Virus record (IMG/VR): IMGVR_UViG_3300009082_000005
Coordinates: 1-55,640 of that record
From: a virus
Lineage: Duplodnaviria > Caudoviricetes
Direction: 5' to 3' (one strand)
DNA: 55,640 nucleotides
The notes under the pieces were generated by a model. That model was not told the DNA's origin. It was given only the letters and a program-made list of their open reading frames with translations, and made no database searches. Shown here piece by piece: positions 55,494 through 55,640 of this stretch (the stretch's first letter is position 1; each line of letters opens with the position of its first letter). The translations under genes were made by a program, and so were the position numbers.

Positions 55494-55640
55494 GATACTA
55501 ACATTTGTTACAAATAACGGTATAGCTGTTGTTTTGATGTTTTATTTTCTTAAAAATAATCATAGAGCAATGACCGACTTATTGAAACAAAATGCTGAAT
55601 TAATTAATGAAATAAGAGATATAAAGCTTGAACAAAAAGA
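55486..55640 (+). CDS. Holin-like single-TM protein (65 aa), continues through the junction to position 166
   Basis: GGAG RBS; MNEILTFVTNNGIAVVLMFYFLKNN...KNTG; TAG at 164-166. Confidence 0.75.
   Translation, partial: MNEILTFVTNNGIAVVLMFYFLKNNHRAMTDLLKQNAELINEIRDIKLEQK

Noticed and set aside
1-55640. tRNA/rRNA genes, introns, alternative genetic code, and the many short opposite-strand ORFs inside long genes
   Set aside because: No such RNA genes seen, core genes are intact in the standard code, and the nested ORFs lack RBSs or motifs

Overview
The window is a complete, circularly assembled (123-bp end overlap, about 55.5 kb unique), very AT-rich tailed phage genome of a Clostridia-type host. 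It has a siphovirus morphogenesis block (PBSX-type TerL, SPP1-like portal, scaffold, capsid, two tail-tube paralogues, frameshifted tail chaperone, tape measure), a lysis block (amidase, two holins), two replication initiators with a shared C-terminal tail, Rad52-like and YqaJ recombination genes, and three short tyrosine recombinases. No classical CI repressor or full-length integrase is visible, so a plasmid-like prophage state is possible. Main points of interest: (1) a compact phage-borne type V-F system (AsCas12f1-like 423-aa nuclease, candidate tracrRNA overlapping its 3' end, leader, 6-repeat/5-spacer array, no cas1/cas2), directly downstream of a stand-alone DnaA domain I gene; (2) a promoter-driven non-coding cassette at 423-559 stacking three different CRISPR-repeat mimics without spacers inside a perfect 17-bp inverted repeat, a candidate multivalent RNA anti-CRISPR; (3) a heptad-repeat Ser/Thr/Val fibre gene next to a glycosyltransferase right after the capsid gene; (4) an FtsK/membrane-protein/orphan VbhA-antitoxin module; (5) an SNF2/YqaJ/IbrAB block with duplicated promoters. 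All family assignments come from motif recognition by eye, not database searches.
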